Of a stretch of DNA of 64,000 nt, positions 9,162 to 18,800 are shown piece by piece. This DNA is from an uncultured Nitrospiraceae bacterium (GTDB lineage: Bacteria > Nitrospirota > Nitrospiria > Nitrospirales > Nitrospiraceae): contig CAWJWJ010000001.1 of NCBI GenBank assembly GCA_963846575.1, positions 768,001 to 832,000 of the forward strand, read 5' to 3'. Numbering within the stretch: position 1 is the first letter of the stretch; every line of letters starts with the position of its first letter. The notes below the pieces were generated by a model. That model worked only from the letters and a program-made list of their open reading frames with translations. It was not told where the DNA came from and searched no databases. Both the position numbers and the translations under genes were made by a program.

Positions 9162-9334
9162 ACCATCCACATCCGCCTCGCAGTCGCCTTCGTGGAACGC
9201 AGGGCCACCAGAGTGGCCTGGTAAAGACTGATTCCATCTGTGAGGCGACCTGTGTAGAATCAGCCGCCATGACAAGAAGGCGCAGGGAGCCCCGGCGCTT
9301 CAAGCAGACGGACCTCCTACGGAGTCTAATCGAT

Positions 9335-9904
9335 ATGATGGTGCAGGAAGAACTGATTGCTGCGTTTCACAAGACGCAGTCCTTTAACTGGGATCCGAAG
9401 GGTGGTTTTAAACTCGCGTCGGGTTTGACGAGTCCGTTTTATGTCGATTGCCGCACACTGATGGCATTTCCGCATGCACGTCGCCTGGTGGCGCAGTTGG
9501 CCTATGAGGTGACGGCTGATCTTGAGGTCGATTGTCTCGGAGGGTTGGAGATCGGGGCGATCTCCATTGCCACCAGCGTCTCAGACTTTGCCTATGCCGC
9601 GAGTCCCCGTCGAGATTGGCGGACGTTTTTTGTGCGGAAGCAGGCTAAGGACCATGGGCTGGGTCGTCTCGTCGAAGGAGTCGTTCATGCCGGTGATCGC
9701 GTCCTGATCGTCGATGATGTGCTCACGAGCGGTGGTTCGGTCCTCAAAGCCATCGCCGCGGCTCGCGAAGCGGGTCTTCAGGTGCGGGACGCGCTGGTTA
9801 TCGTTGACCGTAAGGAGCAGGATGGGCGGGCGCGTATTGAAAAGGAACAGGTCCGTGTGCGCAGTCTGCTGACCATCGATGATCTGATGAGGGCCCCTCG
9901 ATGA
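9335..9904 (+). CDS. pyrE: Orotate phosphoribosyltransferase
   Basis: FKLASGLTSPFYVDCR, FFVRKQAKDHG, PRPP loop VLIVDDVLTSGGS. Confidence 0.92.
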   Translation: MMVQEELIAAFHKTQSFNWDPKGGFKLASGLTSPFYVDCRTLMAFPHARRLVAQLAYEVTADLEVDCLGGLEIGAISIATSVSDFAYAASPRRDWRTFFVRKQAKDHGLGRLVEGVVHAGDRVLIVDDVLTSGGSVLKAIAAAREAGLQVRDALVIVDRKEQDGRARIEKEQVRVRSLLTIDDLMRAPR

Positions 9905-9986
9905 GGTGGTTTTATGAGCATCGAGGTCCGATCGACATATGCCCCATGGTCAACGACGCATAGGCCGGTTCCCCCGATGGTTTGAT

Positions 9987-10298
9987 TCACTTGCATTGAA
10001 ACTGAATTCCCCAACGCCGCTCCTCCACCAGATCGTTCGACCCGGCGACAGGACTGGCCTGTCGCAATCGCCCCTTCGTTTCGCCTTCGCGGACGGTGAT
10101 GTAGCCCTTCGGGCATTTGTCCTCCATGAGGCGGGTCGCTTCCTTTCGAAAGGCGGAGAGCAGATTGCCCTGTTCCGCCCGATAGGGATAGACGACCACG
10201 CCGCCGTTGTCGAATTCTTTCACCAGCAGCGCTCCCTCCCCGCATCCCCACTGGGACAGCAACAGAGCCAGCAAACTGACCCTTGACCACCTTTTCAT
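9987..10298 (-). CDS. Hypothetical lipoprotein
   Basis: MKRWSRVSLLALLLSQWGC signal with lipobox-like Cys; AGGAG RBS upstream. Confidence 0.65.
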   Translation of the reverse strand: MKRWSRVSLLALLLSQWGCGEGALLVKEFDNGGVVVYPYRAEQGNLLSAFRKEATRLMEDKCPKGYITVREGETKGRLRQASPVAGSNDLVEERRWGIQFQCK

Positions 10299-10358
10299 CG
10301 GACTCCTATCATAGAGTGTCGGTTGTCGTTGTTCCCCATGAGCAAAGGAGAGGTGACC

Positions 10359-10784
10359 ATGAGACATCTGGCGTTTCTCGCATGCACCATAGTTTTCTGT
10401 GGTCTGCTTCTTGATGGACCGCGGGAAAGCTTCGCAAACCATTCCTATGTCTTGAGTGTCCAACAGTTACGCGCCGGCCTGGTGAAGGCGCCGTCTACCA
10501 AGGCCAAAGGTTTTATCCTGGTAGACGTCAGATCTCCGGAGGAACATGCCTCCGGCATGATTCCAGGGACCGACCTCAACATTGATTTTCGAGAAATGAA
10601 GGCGCGGCACCGCGAGCTTGGCGCGAAGTTGGAGGATCATATCGTCGTGTACTGCCAATCCGGCCACAGAAGTAATATTGCCGCTGAGACATTGGCCGAT
10701 CTGGGTTATACGCATGTGTATAATGTCGAGGGCAGCATGAACGCCTGGACGGAAGCGGGGTTTCCTGTCGCACCTGCTCGGTAA
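10359..10784 (+). CDS. Exported single-domain rhodanese (sulfurtransferase)
   Basis: ILVDVRSPEE, MIPG, active loop YCQSGHRS, NVEGSMNAW; hydrophobic N-terminus. Confidence 0.88.
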   Translation: MRHLAFLACTIVFCGLLLDGPRESFANHSYVLSVQQLRAGLVKAPSTKAKGFILVDVRSPEEHASGMIPGTDLNIDFREMKARHRELGAKLEDHIVVYCQSGHRSNIAAETLADLGYTHVYNVEGSMNAWTEAGFPVAPAR

Positions 10785-10795
10785 GACTGAAATGG

Positions 10796-11725
10796 TCATC
10801 GGCTGCGGGATGACGGTGAGGCGGGCGACGACGAAAGGCTTCGCATTCCGGTTCGCGGGCTAATGCCGATGACGGCGGGAAGGCCGATGTGGACCCCATT
10901 GTCGCCGTCCAGGAACGGGCGCCATTCGGCCGCGACCGTCGTCTCCCGAGCGGCGTGGAGCAGGTCGGGACTGGCGATGACGTCGGAGGAAGAGCCGCCG
11001 TCCATCGCCATGGCTTGCTGGATTGAGGGCATCCGTTGATGCAGGCAGTCGGCGAGGTCGTGAAGCGAGACGACATCCACCGTCTTGATCACGAGAATGC
11101 TCCCGGCACTGTCTTCCGCCACCACCGTTTGATAGGCGCGTTTCCCGCTGTCCCGAACCCTGGGTTTGCCGGTGCGGTCGAGCAGCATCAAGGATTGGGC
11201 GGCCTCGCGATAGCTCGGGGCTTCTTCCGCAAATCCCTCAAAAGCCAAGTCCAACACGCGAGCTTTCCTGAGTGAGTTGTCGGTCGGTTCCGCTGCGAAT
11301 AACCCCTGCCAGGAATGATGCTTCTTGCCGCCGAGTGAACGTCCTTCCTTCAGTAACAACCCCAAGTAGGAATAATCGCGGCGAAACAATCCGGCATTGA
11401 ACAGGATGTAGGCATCGGTACGTTGCTGCCACCCCTGAATCGAAAGCGGCGCAGGCAGCCCTTCGTCACGAAAGTGGTAAATCGAGAACCGGAAGCGTTC
11501 CGGATCGACCTGGACGATGAGCATCGAGGGAACCCGCGGGCAGGCGATCAGAGGATTCCAGAGCGTGACTTGAATCCCGGCGGTCAGTCGCTCCCAGGAT
11601 ACCTCACCCGCGGTCGCTGAGCCCGTGCAGGGAGCTGTGACGAGACAGGCGACGATGAAACAGGCGGAGAGAGACTTCAATCGGTGAATCAGGAGGTGAA
11701 TCTGCGGATGGTCGTTCAGCATCAA
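10796..11725 (-). CDS. Phosphodiester glycosidase (NAGPA/DUF2233) family protein
   Basis: FNAGLF, GLLLKEG, AMAMDGGSSS motifs; signal-like N-terminus; start uncertain. Confidence 0.75.
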   Translation of the reverse strand: MMLNDHPQIHLLIHRLKSLSACFIVACLVTAPCTGSATAGEVSWERLTAGIQVTLWNPLIACPRVPSMLIVQVDPERFRFSIYHFRDEGLPAPLSIQGWQQRTDAYILFNAGLFRRDYSYLGLLLKEGRSLGGKKHHSWQGLFAAEPTDNSLRKARVLDLAFEGFAEEAPSYREAAQSLMLLDRTGKPRVRDSGKRAYQTVVAEDSAGSILVIKTVDVVSLHDLADCLHQRMPSIQQAMAMDGGSSSDVIASPDLLHAARETTVAAEWRPFLDGDNGVHIGLPAVIGISPRTGMRSLSSSPASPSSRSR

Positions 11726-11783
11726 CCGCGGCTTCCTTCATCGGTCTGATACGTAGCGCTGTTCCCAGTTCTCTTAGACCTCA

Positions 11784-11812
11784 AGTATAAAAAGGATGGG
11801 CGCATGGGTCAA
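11784..11812 (-). promoter_or_regulatory. Sigma70-type promoter TTGACC-N17-TATACT
   Basis: Near-consensus hexamers with 17-nt spacer about 60 nt upstream of the DUF2233 gene. Confidence 0.6.
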
Positions 11813-11852
11813 TCGTCACGTGCGCATGCGGCAGACGAGCAACCACGGGGCG

Positions 11853-13493
11853 TTACGAGGCGCGGGCGGATCTCGGAGCAGCTCCGTATGGGGCTGACGG
11901 CTCGCGGGAAGTTCCGGGTCCGGGCGCGGAAGAGTCGAGCAGGGCACGGACCGTACGTAGCAGGATATCGGGCGTGAAAGGTTTTTGCAGGAACGTGGTT
12001 CGATGAGGGTCCATTCCTCTGTTTACGCAGATGTCGTCGAGGTAGCCGGACATGAAGAGCACCCTCAGATTCGGTTTGATGACCGCAAGATGTTGCGCCA
12101 GCTCGCGGCCGTTCATGCCGGGCATCACGACGTCGGTCAGGAGAAGGTCCACGTGAAGATTCTGCTGGGTGGCGGTCAGACAGGCCTCGACCCCGTTCCT
12201 CGCCTCGAGGACCTGATACCCGGTTTGGGCCAGCTGATGACGGACGAAATCGCGCACTCCCGGATCGTCTTCGACCACGAGGATGGTTTCTGAGGCGCGC
12301 CGGAGGCTGCCTGGCGGATCAGTGGCATTCTCGGGGACGGCTTGAGGCGTGGAGCGTGGCAGGTAGATATCGAAGGTGGTGCCATGCCCGACCTGGCTCC
12401 AGACATCGATTCCTCCTCCGCAGGTCGTCACGATGCCAAAGACGGTCGACAGTCCCAAGCCCGTGCCCTTATGTTCTTCCTTAGTGGTAAAAAATGGCTC
12501 AAACAAGTGGGCCAGGACATCCCCATCCATCCCGCATCCGCTGTCTGTGACGGTGAGCTTCACGTATTGTCCCAGAGGCAACGGTTGGAGATGGTGCATG
12601 GGCGTGCGCGTAAGTTCGGTCTGTGATATTTCAATTGCCAATAATCCGCCGTTTGGCATGGCATCCCTGGCATTCACGACGAGGTTCATAATGACCTGTT
12701 CGAGTTGGCCGGGATCGGCCTTTACATGACCGTCGTGCGGATCGGGTCGGATAACCAGCTGGATGTCTTCGCCGATCAGGTGCCGGAGCATGTTTTCGAC
12801 GTTGCCCAGGACCGTGTTGAGTGGAAACACCTTCGGCTCCAAGGTCTGTTTCCGGCTAAAGGCCATCAGTTGGCGGATCAGGGTAGCGGCTTGATCTCCC
12901 GCCTTCTGCATCTCTTCAATCTTGGCTCGCATGGGATTGGCTGGACCGAGTTCTCCCAGGAGGATCTGACTGTGTCCCATGATCACCGTCAGCAGATTAT
13001 TGAAATCGTGCGCGAGCCCTCCGGCAAGGCGGCCGACGGCTTCCATTTTCTGGGCCTGCCGGAATTGTTTTTCACTTGCGCGCAGGGCATCTTCCGCCCG
13101 TCGGCGTTCGAGCCGCTCTTCGAGGTCACGCAGCGTTCGTTTGATGGAAGGTATGAGGCGGCCCAGACGTTGCTTATAAATATAATCGGTGGCGCCCCGC
13201 TGCATGAGATCGATGGCGAATTCTTCACCCTGGGCGTTTGAGACGAACAGGAATGGGAGGTCAGGGTGCAGTGTGCGGGTCAGGGCTAGTGCGGCGGCGC
13301 CGTCCAGACCAGGGACCCCGGTGTCGGCGAGAATCAGACTGTATCCGTCCTGCCGTAGTGCGGCCAGAAACTCTTCTCGCGTCTGAACACGTTTCGGATG
13401 ACAGGTGATGCCGGCGCCTCGCAATGTCGCGCAGATCAAATCCGCGTCGACGGCATTGCTTTCGAGATGGATGAATCGAAGGGGATCAACCAT
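11853..13493 (-). CDS. Hybrid histidine kinase REC-HisKA-HATPase-REC
   Basis: [10 protein letters not shown]-box, [30 protein letters not shown]; receivers at both ends ([17 protein letters not shown]). Confidence 0.93.
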   Translation of the reverse strand: MVDPLRFIHLESNAVDADLICATLRGAGITCHPKRVQTREEFLAALRQDGYSLILADTGVPGLDGAAALALTRTLHPDLPFLFVSNAQGEEFAIDLMQRGATDYIYKQRLGRLIPSIKRTLRDLEERLERRRAEDALRASEKQFRQAQKMEAVGRLAGGLAHDFNNLLTVIMGHSQILLGELGPANPMRAKIEEMQKAGDQAATLIRQLMAFSRKQTLEPKVFPLNTVLGNVENMLRHLIGEDIQLVIRPDPHDGHVKADPGQLEQVIMNLVVNARDAMPNGGLLAIEISQTELTRTPMHHLQPLPLGQYVKLTVTDSGCGMDGDVLAHLFEPFFTTKEEHKGTGLGLSTVFGIVTTCGGGIDVWSQVGHGTTFDIYLPRSTPQAVPENATDPPGSLRRASETILVVEDDPGVRDFVRHQLAQTGYQVLEARNGVEACLTATQQNLHVDLLLTDVVMPGMNGRELAQHLAVIKPNLRVLFMSGYLDDICVNRGMDPHRTTFLQKPFTPDILLRTVRALLDSSAPGPGTSREPSAPYGAAPRSARAS

Positions 13494-13529
13494 GAAGTGT
13501 AGCGGGATGATGAAACTTGGAGAGGCGGT

Positions 13530-14000
13530 TCATGAGCTGGCCTGGCCGGTCCCTCGGTTCGCTCCCTCAGGAGGAGGTTCATTAATCATTCCCCAGAACA
13601 CCCCGAGTTCTTTTACCGCCTTGAGGAACTGGTGAAACTCGACGGGTTTTACCACATACGCATTGGCTCCAAGCGCGTAACTTTCGACGAGGTCCCGCTC
13701 TTCTCGGGATGACGTGAGCATCACGACCGGAATGGGTCTTAAGGCCGCATCGCCCTTGATCGTGCGAAGGACTTCGAGTCCGTCGACTTTGGGCATTTTC
13801 AAATCGAGGAGTACCACGGCGGGATTGCCCTGAAGGCGTGCCTTGAAATTCCCGCGGCAATACAAATAATCGAGCACTTCCGCCCCGTCGTGACAGAGGA
13901 TGACTTTGTCCGCGAGGTGATGCTCTTCCATGGCAGCCAGCGCCAGTTCGGCATCGCGGGGATTGTCTTCAGCCAGTAAAATCGGCTTGGAGGTGATCAT
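13530..14000 (-). CDS. Stand-alone response regulator receiver (Rcp1-like)
   Basis: ILLAEDNPRD, VLLDLKMPKVDG, VMLTSS, NAYVVKP; start overlaps the upstream kinase stop. Confidence 0.92.
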   Translation of the reverse strand: MITSKPILLAEDNPRDAELALAAMEEHHLADKVILCHDGAEVLDYLYCRGNFKARLQGNPAVVLLDLKMPKVDGLEVLRTIKGDAALRPIPVVMLTSSREERDLVESYALGANAYVVKPVEFHQFLKAVKELGVFWGMINEPPPEGANRGTGQASS

Positions 14001-15490
14001 GCTGCAGGCCTTGTCATGGGCAAGCTGACGAAAAAGGTGGCGCCTTCTCCCAGGGCTCCTTCCGCCCATGTTTTTCCGCCGTGCCGGTGAACAATCCGGC
14101 GGACATTGGCCAGACCGATGCCGGTGCCGTCGAATTCATCGGCGCGATGGAGTCGCTGGAAGACACCGAATAATTTATTGGCGTAACGCATATCAAATCC
14201 TACCCCGTTGTCTCGTACGAACACCACAATTTCTTCCTGGCTGCTCTGCCGACTTCCGACCTCGATGGAGGCTTGAGGGCGGGTGCCGGTAAACTTGATT
14301 GCGTTGCTCACGAGATTCTCGAAGACCTGCCGTAACATCGCTGCATCCCCTATGACCTCGGGGAGTTGAGCGATTGTCCACGAGATCGTTCGATCTTGCA
14401 AGTCATGACGTAGATCGTGCAGCACCGACGCTATGAGCTGGTTCAGATCGACCTTGCCGTGCAGCATTTCCTGCCTGCCCATGCGGGAAAAGATCAGCAG
14501 ATCGTCGATAAGTTGCCCCATCCTGGTTGCTGATTCGGAAATCGTCTGCAGGTAGCGTTTGGCCTTGTCGTCCAGTGAGACGGCTGCGGCCTTGGAGAGC
14601 AGTGAGGCGTACCCGTCGATGTGGCGGAGCGGGGCCCGCAAATCATGCGAGACGGAATAACTGAAGGCTTCTAATTCTTTATTGGCGGCTTCCAGCAGTT
14701 CGCCGCGACGTTGGAGTTCGTCGGCCACCCGCCGGCGGGCGGTCACGTCATGGCGGATCAAATAGTACACGGCGGCGAGCAAGACGAACAGGAGGAGGGC
14801 TCCGATGATTAGCAGGATGATGCTGGAACGTGTGGTTGTGGTTGACTCGATCACCCGCTGCGCGAGGGCTTTGGTTTCCTCTTGCTCCATGTGGGTCTGC
14901 AAATGCCGGGCCGAATCGAGCTCGGTTTTGGCGACTCCGGCCAAGGCCATGGCCCGGACCGACTCAAATCCTTTGTGTTTCCGCTGTTGAATAGTCGTCT
15001 GTTCTTTCTGCAATTGCGCTGTGATCAATTGTTCAAGTTGATTGACTCGGGCCCGTTGGGGGTCCTCGGCGTCGGTCAGGTCTCGCAGATAGCCGAGATA
15101 TTCCGGTGCGCGCGTGCGAAGATTGTTGTAGGAGATCAGGTATTCATCGTCGCCGGTGACCAGGAACCGTCGATGCCCGTTCTCGGCCTCGTGCATGACT
15201 TCACCGGTCGCGGCCAGAGCTTGGATGAACTCGTGGCTTCGTTGATCCAATTGGCCGTTCCGTATCAGGATGGTCATATTGCGGTAGGAGATAGCGGAAA
15301 TCACCAGGATCCCGGCAAAGACGAGCCCGAATCCCGCCAGCACCCGATGTTCGATCGATCGGTCCTGAAAGGCGCGGACCACCCGGGCTAGAGACGGGTT
15401 CTGTTGCAGGAGGCGGTCAGCCCATGGCAAGGGGGGCAGTATAGTCTTGGGGTCGAGGTCGATGGCCTCCTGGCTGGTTGGTTCGTCCAT
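13997..15490 (-). CDS. Membrane sensor histidine kinase with CHASE3-like periplasmic domain
   Basis: Two TM helices flanking EAENGHRRFLVTGDDEYL (CHASE3-like); FSYSVSHDLRAPLR, NLVSNAIKF, DNGVGF, FQRLH, GTGIGL. Confidence 0.9.
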   Translation of the reverse strand: MDEPTSQEAIDLDPKTILPPLPWADRLLQQNPSLARVVRAFQDRSIEHRVLAGFGLVFAGILVISAISYRNMTILIRNGQLDQRSHEFIQALAATGEVMHEAENGHRRFLVTGDDEYLISYNNLRTRAPEYLGYLRDLTDAEDPQRARVNQLEQLITAQLQKEQTTIQQRKHKGFESVRAMALAGVAKTELDSARHLQTHMEQEETKALAQRVIESTTTTRSSIILLIIGALLLFVLLAAVYYLIRHDVTARRRVADELQRRGELLEAANKELEAFSYSVSHDLRAPLRHIDGYASLLSKAAAVSLDDKAKRYLQTISESATRMGQLIDDLLIFSRMGRQEMLHGKVDLNQLIASVLHDLRHDLQDRTISWTIAQLPEVIGDAAMLRQVFENLVSNAIKFTGTRPQASIEVGSRQSSQEEIVVFVRDNGVGFDMRYANKLFGVFQRLHRADEFDGTGIGLANVRRIVHRHGGKTWAEGALGEGATFFVSLPMTRPAA

Positions 15491-15644
15491 ATCCGTAGGA
15501 GATTCTCGCACGGCTCATCCCGAATGAAGGCGTGGTTCGAAAACTTTAGCGCGGGGCGCTGGTGACTGCAAACCGTATTCTAACAGAGGGGGTCGGTAGG
15601 CGAAGGAAATAGAAGGAAATTGCGCGATCAGACAGGAATGCTGC

Positions 15645-17141
15645 TTAGCCTCCGAACGGTGCCACGGGTGGAGGGAGCGCGGCCGATGAGGCGACGAAAT
15701 TAGAAAACATCAGGGTCGCCGCGACGGCCCAATCCAGGAACGGTTGAGGATAAATCCCGATCACGAGGGTTCCGGCAAGTCCGACGTAGATCACTGCGCG
15801 CAAGGGGCCTGTGGTTTTAATGGGCGAGGAATCCAGTGGTTCAGTGATGTACATCTTCTTGACCACGATCAGGTAGTAGTACATCGAGATGACGATATTA
15901 ATGAGCCCGACTGTTATGAGCGTGTAGAGGCCTTCCTTAATGGCCGCGACGAAAATGTAGAGTTTGCCGATGAAGCCTGCAAGAGGAGGAACTCCTGCCA
16001 AAGACAGTAGGAAAATCAGCATGGCAAAGGCCAGGAAGGGCGACCGTCGATTGAGCCCGCTGTAGTCGTCGATTTCATCGCTGCCTATCGCATTACTGAT
16101 GGCCATGATGACCGCGAAGGCACCAAGATTCGCAAAAAGATAGGTCAGCAGATAGAACAAAATGGAGTCGGTCCCCATTTTTGTCCCTGCGGCCAAACCG
16201 ATCAGGACGTTTCCAACCTGCGCAATACCCGAATAGGCCAACAGTCGCTTAATATTTCGTTGGCTGATCGCCACGATATTGCCGTAGGTCATCGAGAGGA
16301 TGGAGGCCGCCACGAGGAGGAGGGCCCAGGCTGGCTTGAAGGTGGCCAGGGCAACCAGAAATAACCGGAGGAGAATGGCGAAGGCGGCCACTTTGGGGGC
16401 AATTGATAAGAAGGCGGTCACCGGAGTAGGGGCGCCCTGGTAGGTATCCGGGATCCATGAATGAAACGGTACTGCGCCGATTTTAAATCCGAGTGCGGCA
16501 AAAATGAGCAAATATCCGATGACGAGTCCGGTCGTCGGAGTGGCTGCGCTCATGTCCGAAAAGACCAGCTTCCCGGTTTCGCCGAATACCAGACTGATGC
16601 CGTACGCCAGCAACCCGGCCGCAAAGACTCCGAGAATGAAAAATTTCAGACCTGCTTCATTGGAAGCTATGTTGTCGCGCAGGTAGGACACCAGTACATA
16701 AAACCCAAAGGTCGCAAATTCGAGGGTTACAAAAAGGGACAGGAGATCGTTGGCCGAGGCCATGAACATCATGCCAAGCGCCGACACTGCAACTAGGAAA
16801 TAATATTCACCCCGGAAGAAGGAGAATCGGTGCACGTAATCGATCGAAAGGAGGATTACCAGGATCGTCGCCAGCAGGATCAAGACCTTGAAGAAGATGG
16901 CCAGACGATCCAGGACGAACATCTTACCGAACAAGGTGCCGGTTATGCCGGTGGCGTCGAACCAGGCCAGACAGGCCAGGGTGATGACCAGGCCCAGAAT
17001 GGTCAAGTAGGCCAGCTGCTCCTGTACGATCCGTTTTAGGGAAAAGTCGGCGATCAGGACGATACAGAGCCATACCGTGAGAAACATCTCCGGCAGCAAG
17101 AGTAGGAGGTCGCTGGCTGAAAGCGTCAAAGAAAACGTCAT
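15645..17141 (-). CDS. nuoN: NADH:quinone oxidoreductase subunit N
   Basis: EAGLKFFILG, GFKIGAVPFHSWIPDTYQGAP, IKRLLAYS, SLAGVPPLAGFIGK. Confidence 0.95.
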   Translation of the reverse strand: MTFSLTLSASDLLLLLPEMFLTVWLCIVLIADFSLKRIVQEQLAYLTILGLVITLACLAWFDATGITGTLFGKMFVLDRLAIFFKVLILLATILVILLSIDYVHRFSFFRGEYYFLVAVSALGMMFMASANDLLSLFVTLEFATFGFYVLVSYLRDNIASNEAGLKFFILGVFAAGLLAYGISLVFGETGKLVFSDMSAATPTTGLVIGYLLIFAALGFKIGAVPFHSWIPDTYQGAPTPVTAFLSIAPKVAAFAILLRLFLVALATFKPAWALLLVAASILSMTYGNIVAISQRNIKRLLAYSGIAQVGNVLIGLAAGTKMGTDSILFYLLTYLFANLGAFAVIMAISNAIGSDEIDDYSGLNRRSPFLAFAMLIFLLSLAGVPPLAGFIGKLYIFVAAIKEGLYTLITVGLINIVISMYYYLIVVKKMYITEPLDSSPIKTTGPLRAVIYVGLAGTLVIGIYPQPFLDWAVAATLMFSNFVASSAALPPPVAPFGG

Positions 17142-18790
17142 CGAGGGGTCACCTTCGCAATGGCTTCGGCGGAACTAGATAGGGGTTCATTAACTGCCGT
17201 ATGGGGGCTCTGTATGGGGTGCTCCGCAATCGGGACGATTTTCGTAATACGGGCGATCAACGGGTCGACCCCCGAACGGACCACAGAATAAAGATGGCCC
17301 GGGAAAATTCCAAAGCTGATGCTCACGGTGATCATGATCAAAAGGGGCATACGGTCGATGACGGTGACTGCATCGTGAGAGTGACTGTATTTCTCCGCCA
17401 TCGGCCCGTAGAAGAGCCCGCGCATCATCTTGAAGAGGTAGGCCATGGTCAGGACAATACCCAGAACGGCGATGACGACCTGGAAGGGATACTTATTCCA
17501 GCTGCCGACGATGATCATGACTTCGGCGATAAAATTCACGGTGCCGGGCATGCCGATGGAGGCCATACATCCGATGACAAAGGCCGCGGAGATGAATGGC
17601 ATTCGATTGGACAATCCGCCCAGTGAGGGGATGTCCCGGGTGTGCGTTTGGTCATATACCCAGCCTGCCATGGCGAACAACATGCCCGTGGCCATGGCAT
17701 GAGCAAACATATAAATGACGGCTCCGCTCAGACTGATGTAGTCGAGCGCGGCCATGCCGAGGAAGACATAACCCATGTGACTCGAACTGGAATAGCCGAT
17801 CACATATTTGGTGTCCTTGGCGTAGTACGCGACCAATCCTCCATAGATGATGCTGAAGATGCAGAGGACGGCGGCAATCGGCATCAGTTCCCGCGTCGTC
17901 TCGGGAAGGATCTCAAAGGCGACACGGATGATGGAAAAGTGTCCTAGCTTCATCAACACGCCGGCATGCAGCATGCTGGTGGCTGCCGGAGCGGCGGCAT
18001 GTCCCACCGGAGACCAGGAGTGCAGCGGCCAGATCGGCGCGATCGACGCAAAACCGAAGAAAATCAGCAGCCAGATGACCGTGGCCAGAGGACCTGAGAA
18101 GTGAGCCTGTTCGCGGAGCACTAAAATGTCAAAGGTGTTGAGCCCTGAGAATTTATAAATGAGCAGAATGCCCATCAAGGCCGCCACGGCAAAGGCGGAG
18201 AGAAACAGGACCAGTTTCATCGCGGCGTACTCTTTGCTATTCGCGCCGAAATTGAAGATGAAGCCCACCGAGTCCCGCTGTTTCAGGCCTTCAGGGTCCG
18301 TCATCTCCAGATATTTCTTAGTGTGGCTCCCCCACATGCCCAGGAGGAGATACATGGGGATGACGGACATTTCATAAAAGAAATAGAGGAAGAAGAGATC
18401 CAGAGACATAAACACGCCGATTGTGGCGGCGGCCAGGATTAAGAGCCAGATGTAGAACTCTTTCACGCGATCTTTAATGTGCCACGAGACGAAGATCCCC
18501 GCGAAAAGCAGGATGGCGGAGGCGAGCACGAGTGGTGTGCCTATTCCGTCCACACCTAAATGCAGGGAGATGCCCAATTGGCGGGACCATTCGATACGCT
18601 GAATAAACTGAAAACCGCCCTTTAGCGGGTCATACGCGTAGAAAAGATAGAGTGAGGCAATCAAGGAGATGAAGGCGGAACCGGCCGCAATGCCTCGCAC
18701 CAAGGAGAGCTGGCGGTTCGACACGAATATCAGCGCCAGGGCTCCCGCAAAGGGAGCGAACAAAATGATGAGCAGTGTGTAATCAGCCAT
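17138..18790 (-). CDS. nuoM: NADH:quinone oxidoreductase subunit M, second divergent copy
   Basis: LGVDGIG, FFYEMSVIPMY, PLHSWSP, IGYSSSSHMG, ASIGMPGTVNFIAE; TM7 Lys replaced by Ile. Confidence 0.9.
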   Translation of the reverse strand: MADYTLLIILFAPFAGALALIFVSNRQLSLVRGIAAGSAFISLIASLYLFYAYDPLKGGFQFIQRIEWSRQLGISLHLGVDGIGTPLVLASAILLFAGIFVSWHIKDRVKEFYIWLLILAAATIGVFMSLDLFFLYFFYEMSVIPMYLLLGMWGSHTKKYLEMTDPEGLKQRDSVGFIFNFGANSKEYAAMKLVLFLSAFAVAALMGILLIYKFSGLNTFDILVLREQAHFSGPLATVIWLLIFFGFASIAPIWPLHSWSPVGHAAAPAATSMLHAGVLMKLGHFSIIRVAFEILPETTRELMPIAAVLCIFSIIYGGLVAYYAKDTKYVIGYSSSSHMGYVFLGMAALDYISLSGAVIYMFAHAMATGMLFAMAGWVYDQTHTRDIPSLGGLSNRMPFISAAFVIGCMASIGMPGTVNFIAEVMIIVGSWNKYPFQVVIAVLGIVLTMAYLFKMMRGLFYGPMAEKYSHSHDAVTVIDRMPLLIMITVSISFGIFPGHLYSVVRSGVDPLIARITKIVPIAEHPIQSPHTAVNEPLSSSAEAIAKVTPR

Positions 18791-18800
18791 GGTCTTCTTT

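Noticed and set aside
8870..9334. N-terminal extension of the pyrE ORF
   Set aside because: It overlaps cfa and is not protein-like; homology begins at MMVQEEL
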